From positions 1-53,991 of the IMG/VR virus record IMGVR_UViG_3300045999_000337: 53,991 bases of DNA; one strand, written 5' to 3'. Under the pieces are notes generated by a model. It did no database searches and was not told where the DNA came from. It saw only the letters and a list, made by a program, of their open reading frames with translations. The stretch comes from a virus (lineage: Duplodnaviria > Caudoviricetes). Of this stretch, positions 1-9,889 are shown in pieces. The position numbers and the translations under genes are program-made. Positions within the stretch are counted from its first letter, which is position 1. Every line of letters begins with the position of its first letter.

Positions 1-3
1 GGA

Positions 4-129
4 AATACACTTACATTCATTCGCTCACTCACATGGGGATTACGGGTTATGCCAGAAACCATCAAGAAGGCCATTAAACGGCCCTCCAAGACGCCAAAGG
101 CCACCAAGCAGGCCCAAGGTAGCACCACG
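4..129. repeat. Terminal direct repeat, copy 1 (126 bp), indicating a circular/complete assembly
   Basis: 4-129 is identical to 53866-53991; bases 1-3 (GGA) differ from 53863-53865 (TCG). Confidence 0.95.
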
Positions 130-651
130 CCCGCAGAGGCTCCTGTAGCCCCGAAAAAGAATCCTGTGGGCGCTCCCACCACATACAATCGTCACCTTGC
201 AATTGTCATCTGTATACGGATAGCAGAAGGGGAGAGTCTGAGACAGATACTGAGGGATGAGGGGATGCCAGCGCAGTCCACGGTTTACGAGTGGTTGCTC
301 CGCCACCCTGAATTCGCGGAGAATTACACACGCGCCCGCGAAGAGCAGGCCGACACGTTGGCTGACGAAATTATTGCCATCGCTGACGAGCAACCTGAAA
401 TCATCGCGGTGACCGATAAGAAGACTGGGGCGCTGATTGAACACAAGCTGGATGGTGCATTCCTCCAGTGGCAGAAGAACCGCATTGAGGCCCGCAAGTG
501 GACAGCCATGAAGCTGAAGCCCCGCAAGTATGGTGACCGTGTGGCGGTCGAGGGCGTGGAGGGCGGAGCCGCCATTAAGACCGAGGACACCAACGCCAAC
601 AAGTTCCTCGACATCATCAAGAACATGGAGATGACTAAACGTGCAGGCTGA
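49..651 (+). CDS. terS: Terminase small subunit
   Basis: ESLRQIL..EGMP..STVYEWL..F..NY.RAREEQADTLADEII.IAD..RIEARKW.AMKLKPRKYGD, typical of Sf6/P22-like TerS; directly upstream of terL. Confidence 0.85.
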   Translation: MPETIKKAIKRPSKTPKATKQAQGSTTPAEAPVAPKKNPVGAPTTYNRHLAIVICIRIAEGESLRQILRDEGMPAQSTVYEWLLRHPEFAENYTRAREEQADTLADEIIAIADEQPEIIAVTDKKTGALIEHKLDGAFLQWQKNRIEARKWTAMKLKPRKYGDRVAVEGVEGGAAIKTEDTNANKFLDIIKNMEMTKRAG

Positions 652-715
652 GTATTACATCGGTTGCCAGAATCACGGGGTTTCCCGTTTCTTTTTGCGT
701 CGTTGAGTAATACTT

Positions 716-2131
716 ATGCTTGCAGAATTGATGTCAGACCCAGAGACGCAGGCGGAGTTCAACGCCCAGTCTGAGCATGACCGCATTGCATACATTGCCC
801 ACGCCAAGTGGGTAGCCAGCGCCCACCGTTATCAGATACCTCCGCCGCTAGAGCAGGACTACACGGTCTGGATGATGTTAGCTGGCAGGGGCGCAGGCAA
901 GACCCGCTCCGCCGCTGAGGCGCTCTGGTGGTGGGCGTGGACGAACCCCGAAAGCCGATGCCTCGTGCTGGCCCCTACGTCCAACGACATCAAGTTCACC
1001 TGCTTCGAGGGACAGTCTGGCCTATTGGCCTGCATCCCGCAGGAACTCGTGGTGGACTACAACAAGCAAGACCATCAAATCAAGCTGTCCAACGGCTCCA
1101 TCATCCGAGGCATCTCAGGCGACTCCTATGAGCGTCTGCGTGGCCCGCAGTTCCACTTCGCATGGTGCGACGAGTTGGCGGCATTCCAGTACCTTGGCGC
1201 TGGTGAGGCGTGGGACATGATGATGATGGGCCTGCGTCTGGGTGACCAGCCTCGTGTCATTGTGACCACGACACCGCGCCCCAAAGACCTCATCATCGAC
1301 TTGGTGGGACGTGAGGGTGACGACGTGGTGATTGACCGCGCCAGCACTTACGAGAACGAGGCCAACCTCGCCTCGACCTTCCGCAACCAATTGGAGCAGT
1401 ACAAGGGCAGTAAGCTGTACGAGCAGGAGGTCATGGGCCAATTGGTCGACCTTGAGGACGGCAAGGTGGTCGGGCGCGAGATGTTCAAGCTGTACCCAGC
1501 GGACAAGCCCTTCCCTCGTTTCGAGTTCATCGTCCAATCGTATGACTGCGCCTTCAGCGACAAGGAGTACAACGACCCCACCGCCATGACAACGTGGGGC
1601 GTGTTCAAGCCAATGGATGGCCCGATGTCTGTCCTACTCATTGACTGTTGGGCAGAACACCTGACCTTCCCTCTGCTCAAGCCCAAGGTGCTGGAGGAGT
1701 GGCGCGTCTCCTACGGTGAGGGCAAGGACGCCAAGCGCCCTGACCTCATCCTCGTCGAGGACAAGGCGGCAGGCATCTCCCTCATCCAAGAACTACGCGC
1801 CGCCCACCTGCCTGTGCGTGGATACAACCCCGGCAAAGCGGACAAGATGCAACGCCTCCAGATTACCGCCTCCATCTTCGCCACTGGGCGCGTCTGGCTC
1901 CCTGAGAGTAGTGTGCGCAAGGGCTACGTCAAGGACTGGTGCGAAGGGTTCCTGTCGCAGATATGCTCATTCCCTGACTCGACGCACGACGACTATGTCG
2001 ACAGCGCAACGCAAGCGATTCGCTTAATGAAGGACATGGGTTTCCTCGACATTAACCCAGAGCCTCGGTATGATGACGATGATGACTATGCTTATGCCCG
2101 CAAAGAGCGGGTCAACCCATACGCGGTGTAA
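716..2131 (+). CDS. terL: Terminase large subunit
   Basis: Walker A AGRGAGKT, LRGPQF..AWCDE Walker B, VTTTP coupling motif, C-terminal RNase H-like YDCA..D and HDDYVDS. Confidence 0.95.
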   Translation: MLAELMSDPETQAEFNAQSEHDRIAYIAHAKWVASAHRYQIPPPLEQDYTVWMMLAGRGAGKTRSAAEALWWWAWTNPESRCLVLAPTSNDIKFTCFEGQSGLLACIPQELVVDYNKQDHQIKLSNGSIIRGISGDSYERLRGPQFHFAWCDELAAFQYLGAGEAWDMMMMGLRLGDQPRVIVTTTPRPKDLIIDLVGREGDDVVIDRASTYENEANLASTFRNQLEQYKGSKLYEQEVMGQLVDLEDGKVVGREMFKLYPADKPFPRFEFIVQSYDCAFSDKEYNDPTAMTTWGVFKPMDGPMSVLLIDCWAEHLTFPLLKPKVLEEWRVSYGEGKDAKRPDLILVEDKAAGISLIQELRAAHLPVRGYNPGKADKMQRLQITASIFATGRVWLPESSVRKGYVKDWCEGFLSQICSFPDSTHDDYVDSATQAIRLMKDMGFLDINPEPRYDDDDDYAYARKERVNPYAV

Positions 2132-2134
2132 AGA

Positions 2135-5100
2135 ATGGCAGACCCAAAAAAGATTATTGGAGGACTCGGCAAGGCTAGTAAACGCCTGCTGATGACTGAA
2201 GAGGAGAAGCTGGCCCAGAAGTATGCGGCTGGCGCTCAATACGCTGACCCTCTCGCGCCCCCATCCATGCGGATGTCTGAGGCATTGGGCAACGTAGGCG
2301 CAGAAGGCAAGACCCTGAACTTCACAGAGACTGACCGCTCAAGGGTGTTCGGCTCCAACCGTGGTGGTGTGGGGTTCGCTGGCCTCCAGCATTACTCGCT
2401 ACCGCACAAGAAGGCCAACACCGTATGGGGCTTTGGCAACAAGAACACCGCTGACAAGAAGGTCAAGCAGAACGACCCAGAGAAGTCAATCTGGACGACC
2501 TTCGTTGGCTCACCTAACCAACACAAGAGCAACACCGTTGTGCTGAAGGACGCCATCAAGGAGTTCCAAGACGCGGTGAAGGCAGGCAATGTCCCTGCTG
2601 GTCAAATCAAGCTGATGAACGACCGCATCAGGGCGGCAAAGGACGACAAGACTGGCGTACTACTGTTCGACGATGCCTTCGACCTGACTGACCCTAGCGC
2701 ACTAAGCACAGCTAACACTTTCAGCCGCAGGTCTGCCGTTGGTGACGTGCTGTTAGGCGAGGGCGTCAAAGGCCCAATGCGAAGCAAGGCATACAAGTCC
2801 GAGTACGGCAACGAGCCTTGGCGGGACTCAGGCAAGATGGATTCCATTCTTAGGCGCGAGACTGACCCTGACCTAATTGACGCTGGCACATACGATGTTG
2901 GAAATCGCTTTTTTGTGTTGGACGGCAAGATTATTGAGCGCTCCGACTTGAACGAGGCATTCCCCTTGCAGGTGACTGGCAACGACCTTGGCATCAAGTA
3001 CCAACTCGTGCCACCTGAGAAGGCCATGCGTGACTTCTACAAGTTGCGAGAGGGGCGCAAGGACAAGAACAACAGGCCCGCGCCCGTCAACTACTACGAC
3101 CTATCAAGAGCGGAGCCGTCCCAGTTTATTGACGAGGACTTCCTGACGTTCCTCCAGAAGGAGGGCTACAAGAAAGGTGGAGCCGTGGACATCAAAGCGG
3201 CAGACAAGCGCCTAGCGGCGGCAATGAGTCAACGTATGGCAAAGGGTGGCAGTGTGGACATCGACGCCGCTGACGCCCGTTTAGAGGCCGCTATGGCCCA
3301 ACGCATGGGCATGGCCCAAGGTGGCGAGGCTGGCTTCAAAAAGATTGAGTTTATGCAGGCTGGTGGCACACCCAAGGGTAAGGCTGGGGCCGTCAAGGGT
3401 GTGGCGACAGGATTCAAGAAGCTGTTTGCTGACCGTGACGTCATGCCTGCGGCAGAGCGCGAGGCCAACCTCCAGAAGTTCCTTGAGCCAAGCAAGACGC
3501 CCATGCGCCTGTACCACGGCACGACCGCGACCGAAGGTGGCAAAGGGACTGAGGCCATCCGCCGCATCAAGCCTAGCAAGGAAGGCGCACTTGGCTCTGG
3601 TGTCTACATGACGCCCAACACCGCCCACGCAAGCAGTTACACAGGCATCCCCAACGACGACGCGCTGGCAATGATGGCGCAGGGTAATGACTACACCAAG
3701 AAGATGGCTGACCAATTCATGGCAGACCGTGCGTCAGGCACACTGCGCGAAGGGCAGGCAGGCGGCAATATGTTGCCAGTCCACGCCCAGATACGCAACC
3801 CTCTCATCATTGGCAAGTCAGGTAGGAACATTGACCCAGCGGCTGACGCCCTGATGAGTCTTGGCATGGATGAAGCCAGCGCCATTCGATTGGTTGAGAA
3901 GGCGTTTGAGGAGAAGGGCAACATTGGCAAGCAGATTCAAACCAGAGCGCAGGCCCAAGGCTACGACGGCATCATGCAGTACCGTGGTGGCGACCTGTCC
4001 GAGGTGGTGTCCTACAGGCCCAACGCTGTGAAGAGCGCCATCGGAAACCAAGGCACTTACGACGTCAACCTACCCGACCTGAGCAAGGCCGATGGTGGCG
4101 CTATGCGTGCGCCATCCAAAAAGACTGAAGGCTTTCAAGAAGAAAAGCCAAGGGATAAAAGCGTCCTAGAAAAGATGCACCAAGTAATTCGAGATATGCC
4201 AAAAGTTCCGACAAGCCCACTTGGTATGGCTTTGAATGCGGGCTATTCAGGATACAAATATTTTTCAGGGAAAGACCCAGTTGGCGACTTTCAACGAGAA
4301 CTTAATCGCAAAATGAATCGCCCGATTGATACAGGTTCTGCGCCACCAGTCGATGGGTTTGCTGAAGGCGGTAGCGCATTTAAGACCTTGCAATTTAACG
4401 AACCTCAGCGCTTTGACGGTGGTGGCATCGCATCACCTGAAGAGAACAACACCTATCGACCTGAGTCATTCTTTGATTCCAAGCGTTTTAGCGACATCAA
4501 GAAGAACGCCGCTGAGATGTTTGCCGAGAGTAAGCAGACGCTTGCCAGTGACTATGAGCGCCTGAAGTCATCACCACGCGCCCGTGCGCAACTTGCCAAG
4601 ATTGCGGCGGCACAACTTGCGGGTGGTGCGCCAGACCTTGCACACCTTGGCGTTGACCTCGTGCTTGACCCACTCAAGTCAGTGACCGTTGACAAGCTGT
4701 TGACCAAGCCCGCATATCGCTCAGTGCTAGAAGGCCCACCCAAGGCAGGCGAGAAGCAAGAGCGTGTGCCAATGTTTGGCAGTCTGTCCGAGTCCCTGAA
4801 GACCGCTGACGGTTTGCCTATTGGCGGCTCCGAACACATGATTAAACGTGCGCAAGAGGCTGGCCTGATGAGTCAGGGGCGCTTTCACCCACTGACCGAA
4901 ATCCCTGCCGCCATCCTTGGTGGCGTGGGCGCGTCAAAATTAGGTCGAGGCGCTGTTAAAGGCTACGATAAACTTTCAGGCGCAAACTCTGGTAAACTAA
5001 ACCCCTTACAACCAGAGGTTAAGACCGCACCAGCGGGGACACCACAAGGAGCAACGTATGCAACCAAACAAGAAGGCCCGTTCTATCGAGTCAGCCCAAC

Positions 5101-6598
5101 CTCGCTTGACGTCAGTGGAGCAAAGGGTCGCGGACTTCGAGAAGCGGATGAACTACAAGGCCAAGCCCCTATCACAGGAACAGCAGGAGAAGTTGGAAGC
5201 CAAGTTCCGCTCCGCATCTCGGACGAAGAAGTGGCAAGACTGATTGCTGACCCCGCGTCCAATCAGCCCTTACAAATCGCACAGCGCTTTACCAAGGACA
5301 CGCAAGGCACTGACTTTGTTGTCCCTGACATTCCAGAGAGTTCACTCGCCAAGCAGTCTGCCATAGGCCGCGCCCACCAACTTGCTGTTGAGGGTTCGCC
5401 TGAGTACAAGAGCGCGGTGTTCGACGCCTACGCCAAGCAAATGCCTGACTTGCTTGAGCAGGTAGGAGCAAAAGATTACGACGACCTGATGGAGAAGGCG
5501 TATCGCCAACTTGCCAAGGAAACCGACGAACAGTTTCAAAGACTCCCCTACAACTTCTCGTACCACCGCGCAGGCGAAGGCGACTACAAGAGTTCCAAGG
5601 AGATGATGGCTGACGTGCATGGCAACAAGCACCTGTACGTCTTCCAAGGTGGTGACCCCCACGACTTCCTGAACCGCCTTGACAAGGCGTCTGGCCTGAA
5701 CGAGAACGAGAAGTTCCGCGCCGTCCACGACCTACTAGGCCATGCCATCTACGGCAACCAATTTGGCCCCAAGGGCGAAGAGGTGGCATGGGCCATTCAC
5801 CAACAGATGTACAGCCCCCTTGCACGCTTGGCAATGACTGCTGAGACCCGTGGGCAGAACTCGCTCGTGAACTACAGCCCGCTCAACGTGAGCCTGAAGA
5901 CCAACATTGCAAAGCTAGAAGACCTTGAGGTCGAAGCACTGCGACGCAAGGACACCGCATTGGTCAACGAGATTCGCGCCGCCAAGCGGCAAGAGTTTGC
6001 CAACAACTTCCAATTTGCGCCCCAGAAGGCCGTTCTATTGCCACCTGAGTTTGTCGACCCCAAGTTTGCTGGTGGCCTGCCTGACTACTTGAGCGCCGCA
6101 AACCGACCCGCTAAGGGAACCGAAAGCCAATCGGTTTTGACGCACTTCAGCAACGAACCCAATTTGCAGATGCTTGACCCAACGAGGTATGGCACTGGCA
6201 TCAAGGGCGCGGAGGCAGAGCGCTTGCGTGAGTACGCAGGTGGCGTCAAAGACCGCTCCTACGTCTATTTGGGTGAACCTAACACGGTAACCCCTGAGTC
6301 TGGCCTTGGCGTTAACCGCTATCGTGGCGAGTCGCAGAACCTGTACGACATTACCAAAGACCCGTTGTCCTTTCGTGCGTTGGCCCGCGAGTCCAATCGC
6401 ACGCCGTTCACGGCAAAATACAACGCAGGCATTACGCACCCCTTGCAGGAGGCCAACGACTACGAGCGGCTGGTCAAAGAGTATGGTTACGAGGGCATGA
6501 TTAACCCGAACGCAAGCAAGCCAATGGGCATCATGTTCAGACCAACCCCAGTACAGCCCCGCAAGCGCGGTGGGTTGACACAACTTAAGGCGAGATAA
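2135..6598 (+). CDS. Large polyvalent (multi-domain) protein with ADP-ribosyltransferase-like domain(s); probably virion-packaged
   Basis: LYHGT..GVYMT..GNMLPVH..IRNPL..QGYDGI..EVVSYRPNAVKSAIGNQGTYD (H-Y-E ART-PolyVal-like, ~3503-4085); FRAVHDLLGH zincin-like motif (~5714); C-terminal LTHFS..YGYEG ART-like segment. Confidence 0.65.
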   Translation: MADPKKIIGGLGKASKRLLMTEEEKLAQKYAAGAQYADPLAPPSMRMSEALGNVGAEGKTLNFTETDRSRVFGSNRGGVGFAGLQHYSLPHKKANTVWGFGNKNTADKKVKQNDPEKSIWTTFVGSPNQHKSNTVVLKDAIKEFQDAVKAGNVPAGQIKLMNDRIRAAKDDKTGVLLFDDAFDLTDPSALSTANTFSRRSAVGDVLLGEGVKGPMRSKAYKSEYGNEPWRDSGKMDSILRRETDPDLIDAGTYDVGNRFFVLDGKIIERSDLNEAFPLQVTGNDLGIKYQLVPPEKAMRDFYKLREGRKDKNNRPAPVNYYDLSRAEPSQFIDEDFLTFLQKEGYKKGGAVDIKAADKRLAAAMSQRMAKGGSVDIDAADARLEAAMAQRMGMAQGGEAGFKKIEFMQAGGTPKGKAGAVKGVATGFKKLFADRDVMPAAEREANLQKFLEPSKTPMRLYHGTTATEGGKGTEAIRRIKPSKEGALGSGVYMTPNTAHASSYTGIPNDDALAMMAQGNDYTKKMADQFMADRASGTLREGQAGGNMLPVHAQIRNPLIIGKSGRNIDPAADALMSLGMDEASAIRLVEKAFEEKGNIGKQIQTRAQAQGYDGIMQYRGGDLSEVVSYRPNAVKSAIGNQGTYDVNLPDLSKADGGAMRAPSKKTEGFQEEKPRDKSVLEKMHQVIRDMPKVPTSPLGMALNAGYSGYKYFSGKDPVGDFQRELNRKMNRPIDTGSAPPVDGFAEGGSAFKTLQFNEPQRFDGGGIASPEENNTYRPESFFDSKRFSDIKKNAAEMFAESKQTLASDYERLKSSPRARAQLAKIAAAQLAGGAPDLAHLGVDLVLDPLKSVTVDKLLTKPAYRSVLEGPPKAGEKQERVPMFGSLSESLKTADGLPIGGSEHMIKRAQEAGLMSQGRFHPLTEIPAAILGGVGASKLGRGAVKGYDKLSGANSGKLNPLQPEVKTAPAGTPQGATYATKQEGPFYRVSPTSLDVSGAKGRGLREADELQGQAPITGTAGEVGSQVPLRISDEEVARLIADPASNQPLQIAQRFTKDTQGTDFVVPDIPESSLAKQSAIGRAHQLAVEGSPEYKSAVFDAYAKQMPDLLEQVGAKDYDDLMEKAYRQLAKETDEQFQRLPYNFSYHRAGEGDYKSSKEMMADVHGNKHLYVFQGGDPHDFLNRLDKASGLNENEKFRAVHDLLGHAIYGNQFGPKGEEVAWAIHQQMYSPLARLAMTAETRGQNSLVNYSPLNVSLKTNIAKLEDLEVEALRRKDTALVNEIRAAKRQEFANNFQFAPQKAVLLPPEFVDPKFAGGLPDYLSAANRPAKGTESQSVLTHFSNEPNLQMLDPTRYGTGIKGAEAERLREYAGGVKDRSYVYLGEPNTVTPESGLGVNRYRGESQNLYDITKDPLSFRALARESNRTPFTAKYNAGITHPLQEANDYERLVKEYGYEGMINPNASKPMGIMFRPTPVQPRKRGGLTQLKAR

Positions 6599-6600
6599 GC

Positions 6601-9114
6601 ATGGCAACAGAATTTCCAATTGGCCCAGATGAAGAGCGCTTCATTGAGGGCATTCGCATGACTGATGAGGGTGGGGCGGAGGTGGATATGCTCCCCGGCG
6701 AAGACCCCGAAGTCGAGGAGTTGCCCGACGGCTCCGCTGTCGTCAAGCTAGAGGACTTCAAAGGCCCAGCCGAGGACGAGGACTTCTACGCCAACTTGGC
6801 TGAAGAGGTCATCAGCATCACCGAATTGGAAGACTTGGCGACCCGCTACATCGACCTCATTGACAACGACCGCCAAGCACGCAAGAAGCGCGACAAGCAG
6901 TACGAAGAGGGTTTGCGCAGGACGGGCATGGGGGATGATGCGCCGGGCGGCGCTCAGTTCCTCGGAGCCTCCAAGGTTGTGCATCCAATGATGGCTGAGG
7001 CGTGTGTGGACTTTGCATCGCGGGCCATCAAAGAGATGTTCCCACCAGATGGCCCTGCCAAGACCAAGATTTTGGGCGACGTCACGGACGAGAAGACCGA
7101 GACCGCCGAGCGCAAACGCGACTACATGAATTGGCAGTTGACCGAACAGATTGAAGAGTTTAGGGACGAGCAAGAGCAAATGCTGACCCAATTGCCGTTG
7201 GGTGGTTCACAGTTTATGAAGCTGTGGTACGACGACAAGAAGCGCCGACCCTGCGCTGAATTCGTTGCCATTGACAACATCCTGCTCCCCTTCGCCTCCG
7301 CTAACTTCTACACCTCACAACGAGTGACTGAACAGCAGGACATCAGTGAGTGGGAGTTCAAGCAACGCATTGACCGTGGTCTGTACCGCGACATCAATTT
7401 TATCCGCACCACGTCAGAGCCTGAGCAGACCGCCGCTGAGAAGGCCAACGCCAAGATTGAGGGCAAGCAGTTTGAGGATGGTGAAGACGGTTTGCGCCGC
7501 GTGTACCACATCTACACTTGGCTTGACCTTGAAGACGACAACCGCGCTGAAGGCGAGACCGCCCCCTACATCCTGATGATTGATGAACTCGACCGCAAGG
7601 TGTTGGGTTTGTACCGTAATTGGGAAGAGGGCGACGAGACGTTCACCAAACTGGATTGGCTTGTAGAGTTCAAATTCATCCCTTGGCGAGGCGCGTATGC
7701 CATTGGGCTACCTCACCTCATCGGAGGTCTTTCCGCCGCCGCCACGGGGTCATTACGGGCCTTGTTGGACACTGCGCACGTCAACAACTCCCTGACGATG
7801 CTGAAGTTGAAGGGAGCAAAGGTCTCAGGACAGTCTGACCAGATTGAAATCACGCAGGTGACTGAGATTGAAGGCGGTATTGGTGTGGACGACATCCGCA
7901 AGATTGCGATGCCCATGCCCTTTAACCCACCCTCCCCTGTGCTGTACCAATTGCTTGGCTGGCTGACGACTGAAGCCAAAGGTGTGGTGACCACTGCCGA
8001 AGAGAAGATTGCAGACGCCAAGAGCAATATGCCTGTGGGTACGACTCAAGCGCTGATTGAGCAGGGCGCGGTAGTGTTTTCCTCCATCCACGCACGCTTA
8101 CACGACGCCCAACGCCGTGTTTTGCACATCCTTGGACGTATCAATCGTTGGCACTTGGACGAACAACGCAAGGGTGACATCGTTGCTGAGTTGCCCATCA
8201 AGCGCGAGGACTTCCGCCGCAACAGCGACGTGGTTCCAGTGTCTGACCCCCACATCTTCTCTGAGACACAGCGTGTCGCTCAGATGCAGTCAGTCATGCA
8301 GTTGTCTGCGCAGTTCCCAGCGATTTTCGACCAACGTGCGGTGGTGAGTCGTATGCTCAAGCAACTCAAGATTCCGAACGTCAACGAACTGATGCCAAAC
8401 ACTGGCAAGCCAGCAGAGTTGAATGCGGCAGACGAGAACAGCGCAATGGCACTGAACCGACCAGCCTTTGCTTACCCACGTCAAGACCACCTTGCGCACA
8501 TCCAAACGCACTTGACCTTTGCGCTCGACCCAGCGTTAGGCTCAAACCGCCTCATCGCGCCCAAGTTCATCCCGCAGGCACTGGAACACATCAAGCAACA
8601 CATGATGCTCTGGTACACCCAACAGGTGCAGGGCTACGTTCTGGCGGCAGGAGATGTCAAGCTAGGCAAGTACGAAGAGAGCAAGATTGCCAAGGAAATT
8701 GACCGCGCTATCGCTGTGGCGTCTGACCACGTCAGTTTGGACTCCCAACAGGTGTTCCAAGGCGTATTGCCAGCGTTGGAGAAGTTGGGCCAACTTATGC
8801 AACAGTTCAAGCCACCAGCACCTCCAATGGAAGGTGAGGCTCAGGCAGTGTTGCAGGCGTCTATGGCAGAGACACAGCGACGTACAGCGGCAGACCAAGC
8901 CAAGCTGGCATTCGATACCCAAAAACTCCAGATGCAAATGCAAAAGGACGCTATGGACAGGGATGCCGAGATAGCAATGAACGCCGAAAACAACTTGACG
9001 CAAGAGCGTATCAAGACCGCAGAGTTGACCGTGGATGAGGTCAAACTGCGAAAAGAGCAGGAAGAAACTGCAATTCAACTCAACCAAGCAACACAACGCA
9101 ACTTAGGAGCATGA
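6601..9114 (+). CDS. Portal protein
   Basis: 837 aa, follows terL; HPMMAEACVDFASRAIKEMFPPDGP, LPLGGSQFMK and PVGTTQALIEQG motifs of podovirus portals; C-terminal coiled coil. Confidence 0.88.
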   Translation: MATEFPIGPDEERFIEGIRMTDEGGAEVDMLPGEDPEVEELPDGSAVVKLEDFKGPAEDEDFYANLAEEVISITELEDLATRYIDLIDNDRQARKKRDKQYEEGLRRTGMGDDAPGGAQFLGASKVVHPMMAEACVDFASRAIKEMFPPDGPAKTKILGDVTDEKTETAERKRDYMNWQLTEQIEEFRDEQEQMLTQLPLGGSQFMKLWYDDKKRRPCAEFVAIDNILLPFASANFYTSQRVTEQQDISEWEFKQRIDRGLYRDINFIRTTSEPEQTAAEKANAKIEGKQFEDGEDGLRRVYHIYTWLDLEDDNRAEGETAPYILMIDELDRKVLGLYRNWEEGDETFTKLDWLVEFKFIPWRGAYAIGLPHLIGGLSAAATGSLRALLDTAHVNNSLTMLKLKGAKVSGQSDQIEITQVTEIEGGIGVDDIRKIAMPMPFNPPSPVLYQLLGWLTTEAKGVVTTAEEKIADAKSNMPVGTTQALIEQGAVVFSSIHARLHDAQRRVLHILGRINRWHLDEQRKGDIVAELPIKREDFRRNSDVVPVSDPHIFSETQRVAQMQSVMQLSAQFPAIFDQRAVVSRMLKQLKIPNVNELMPNTGKPAELNAADENSAMALNRPAFAYPRQDHLAHIQTHLTFALDPALGSNRLIAPKFIPQALEHIKQHMMLWYTQQVQGYVLAAGDVKLGKYEESKIAKEIDRAIAVASDHVSLDSQQVFQGVLPALEKLGQLMQQFKPPAPPMEGEAQAVLQASMAETQRRTAADQAKLAFDTQKLQMQMQKDAMDRDAEIAMNAENNLTQERIKTAELTVDEVKLRKEQEETAIQLNQATQRNLGA

Positions 9115-9115
9115 A

Positions 9116-9295
9116 ATGGACAAAGAAGTCAAAGAACTGCAATCGGAACAAGTACGTCAGAAGACCCGCATGGCGGCTGGCGCTTGGGTTACAGGCGAAT
9201 CACTGAAAGAGGAATCAAAAGCGACTATGCCAGAGGCTAACAGCGACCACGGGAATTTCTCCCAACCCAAGGGCGTGGACAAGTCCAACGCATGA
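9116..9295 (+). CDS. Hypothetical protein (59 aa)
   Basis: Read manually: AGGAG SD, ATG 9116, MDKEVKELQSEQ..; its TGA overlaps the next ATG (ATGA). Confidence 0.6.
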   Translation: MDKEVKELQSEQVRQKTRMAAGAWVTGESLKEESKATMPEANSDHGNFSQPKGVDKSNA

Positions 9296-9477
9296 AGTTA
9301 ATTTCCGACTTTATTGGCGCTGTAAAAGCGCGTCAGGCTGAGATTGCACAGGGGTTGGCGCATGGAAATGCGTCCGACTTCAATGCATATCAACGCCTAG
9401 TCGGAGAGAACCTCGGACTTGAACAGTCCCTTGAGATTCTTAACTACCTTTTGAAAGAAGATGAAGATGACAGATAG
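9292..9477 (+). CDS. Hypothetical head-module protein
   Basis: Coupled ORF between portal and the GroES-like gene. Confidence 0.65.
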   Translation: MKLISDFIGAVKARQAEIAQGLAHGNASDFNAYQRLVGENLGLEQSLEILNYLLKEDEDDR

Positions 9478-9889
9478 CACGGTAGCGGGTTATGCCGCTG
9501 ATTTAGAGGAAGCGTTTCCTCTTGTAGACCCCGGTGCGATTCCCCTTGGTGCGCGTGTATTGGTTCAATTGCGCAAAGCCAAAAAACGGATGACTCAATC
9601 TGGGATTATTTTGCCTGAAGAGACTCGCGACACCGAACGGGCGCAAAACCCCGTTGCCAAAGTGATTGCGCTTGGCCCATTAGCGTTCAAAAAGCGCGAC
9701 ACGATGGAGCCTTGGGTCGAAGGCATTTGGTGCGAACTAGGAGACTTCTTGCGCGTACCCAAATGGACTGGCGACCGTTGGCAAGTTCCGCATGGAGAAG
9801 ACGAAAACGTCGAATTCATGGTGTTGAACGACCACGAAGTGATTGCAAAAATCACAGGTAATCCACTTGAAGTGAGGGCATTCGTATGA
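9467..9889 (+). CDS. groES: GroES/Cpn10-like co-chaperonin
   Basis: PLGARVLV..TQSGIILPE..KVIALGP..GD....LNDHEVIAKI matches the Cpn10 pattern; alternative start 9461. Confidence 0.85.
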   Translation: MTDSTVAGYAADLEEAFPLVDPGAIPLGARVLVQLRKAKKRMTQSGIILPEETRDTERAQNPVAKVIALGPLAFKKRDTMEPWVEGIWCELGDFLRVPKWTGDRWQVPHGEDENVEFMVLNDHEVIAKITGNPLEVRAFV

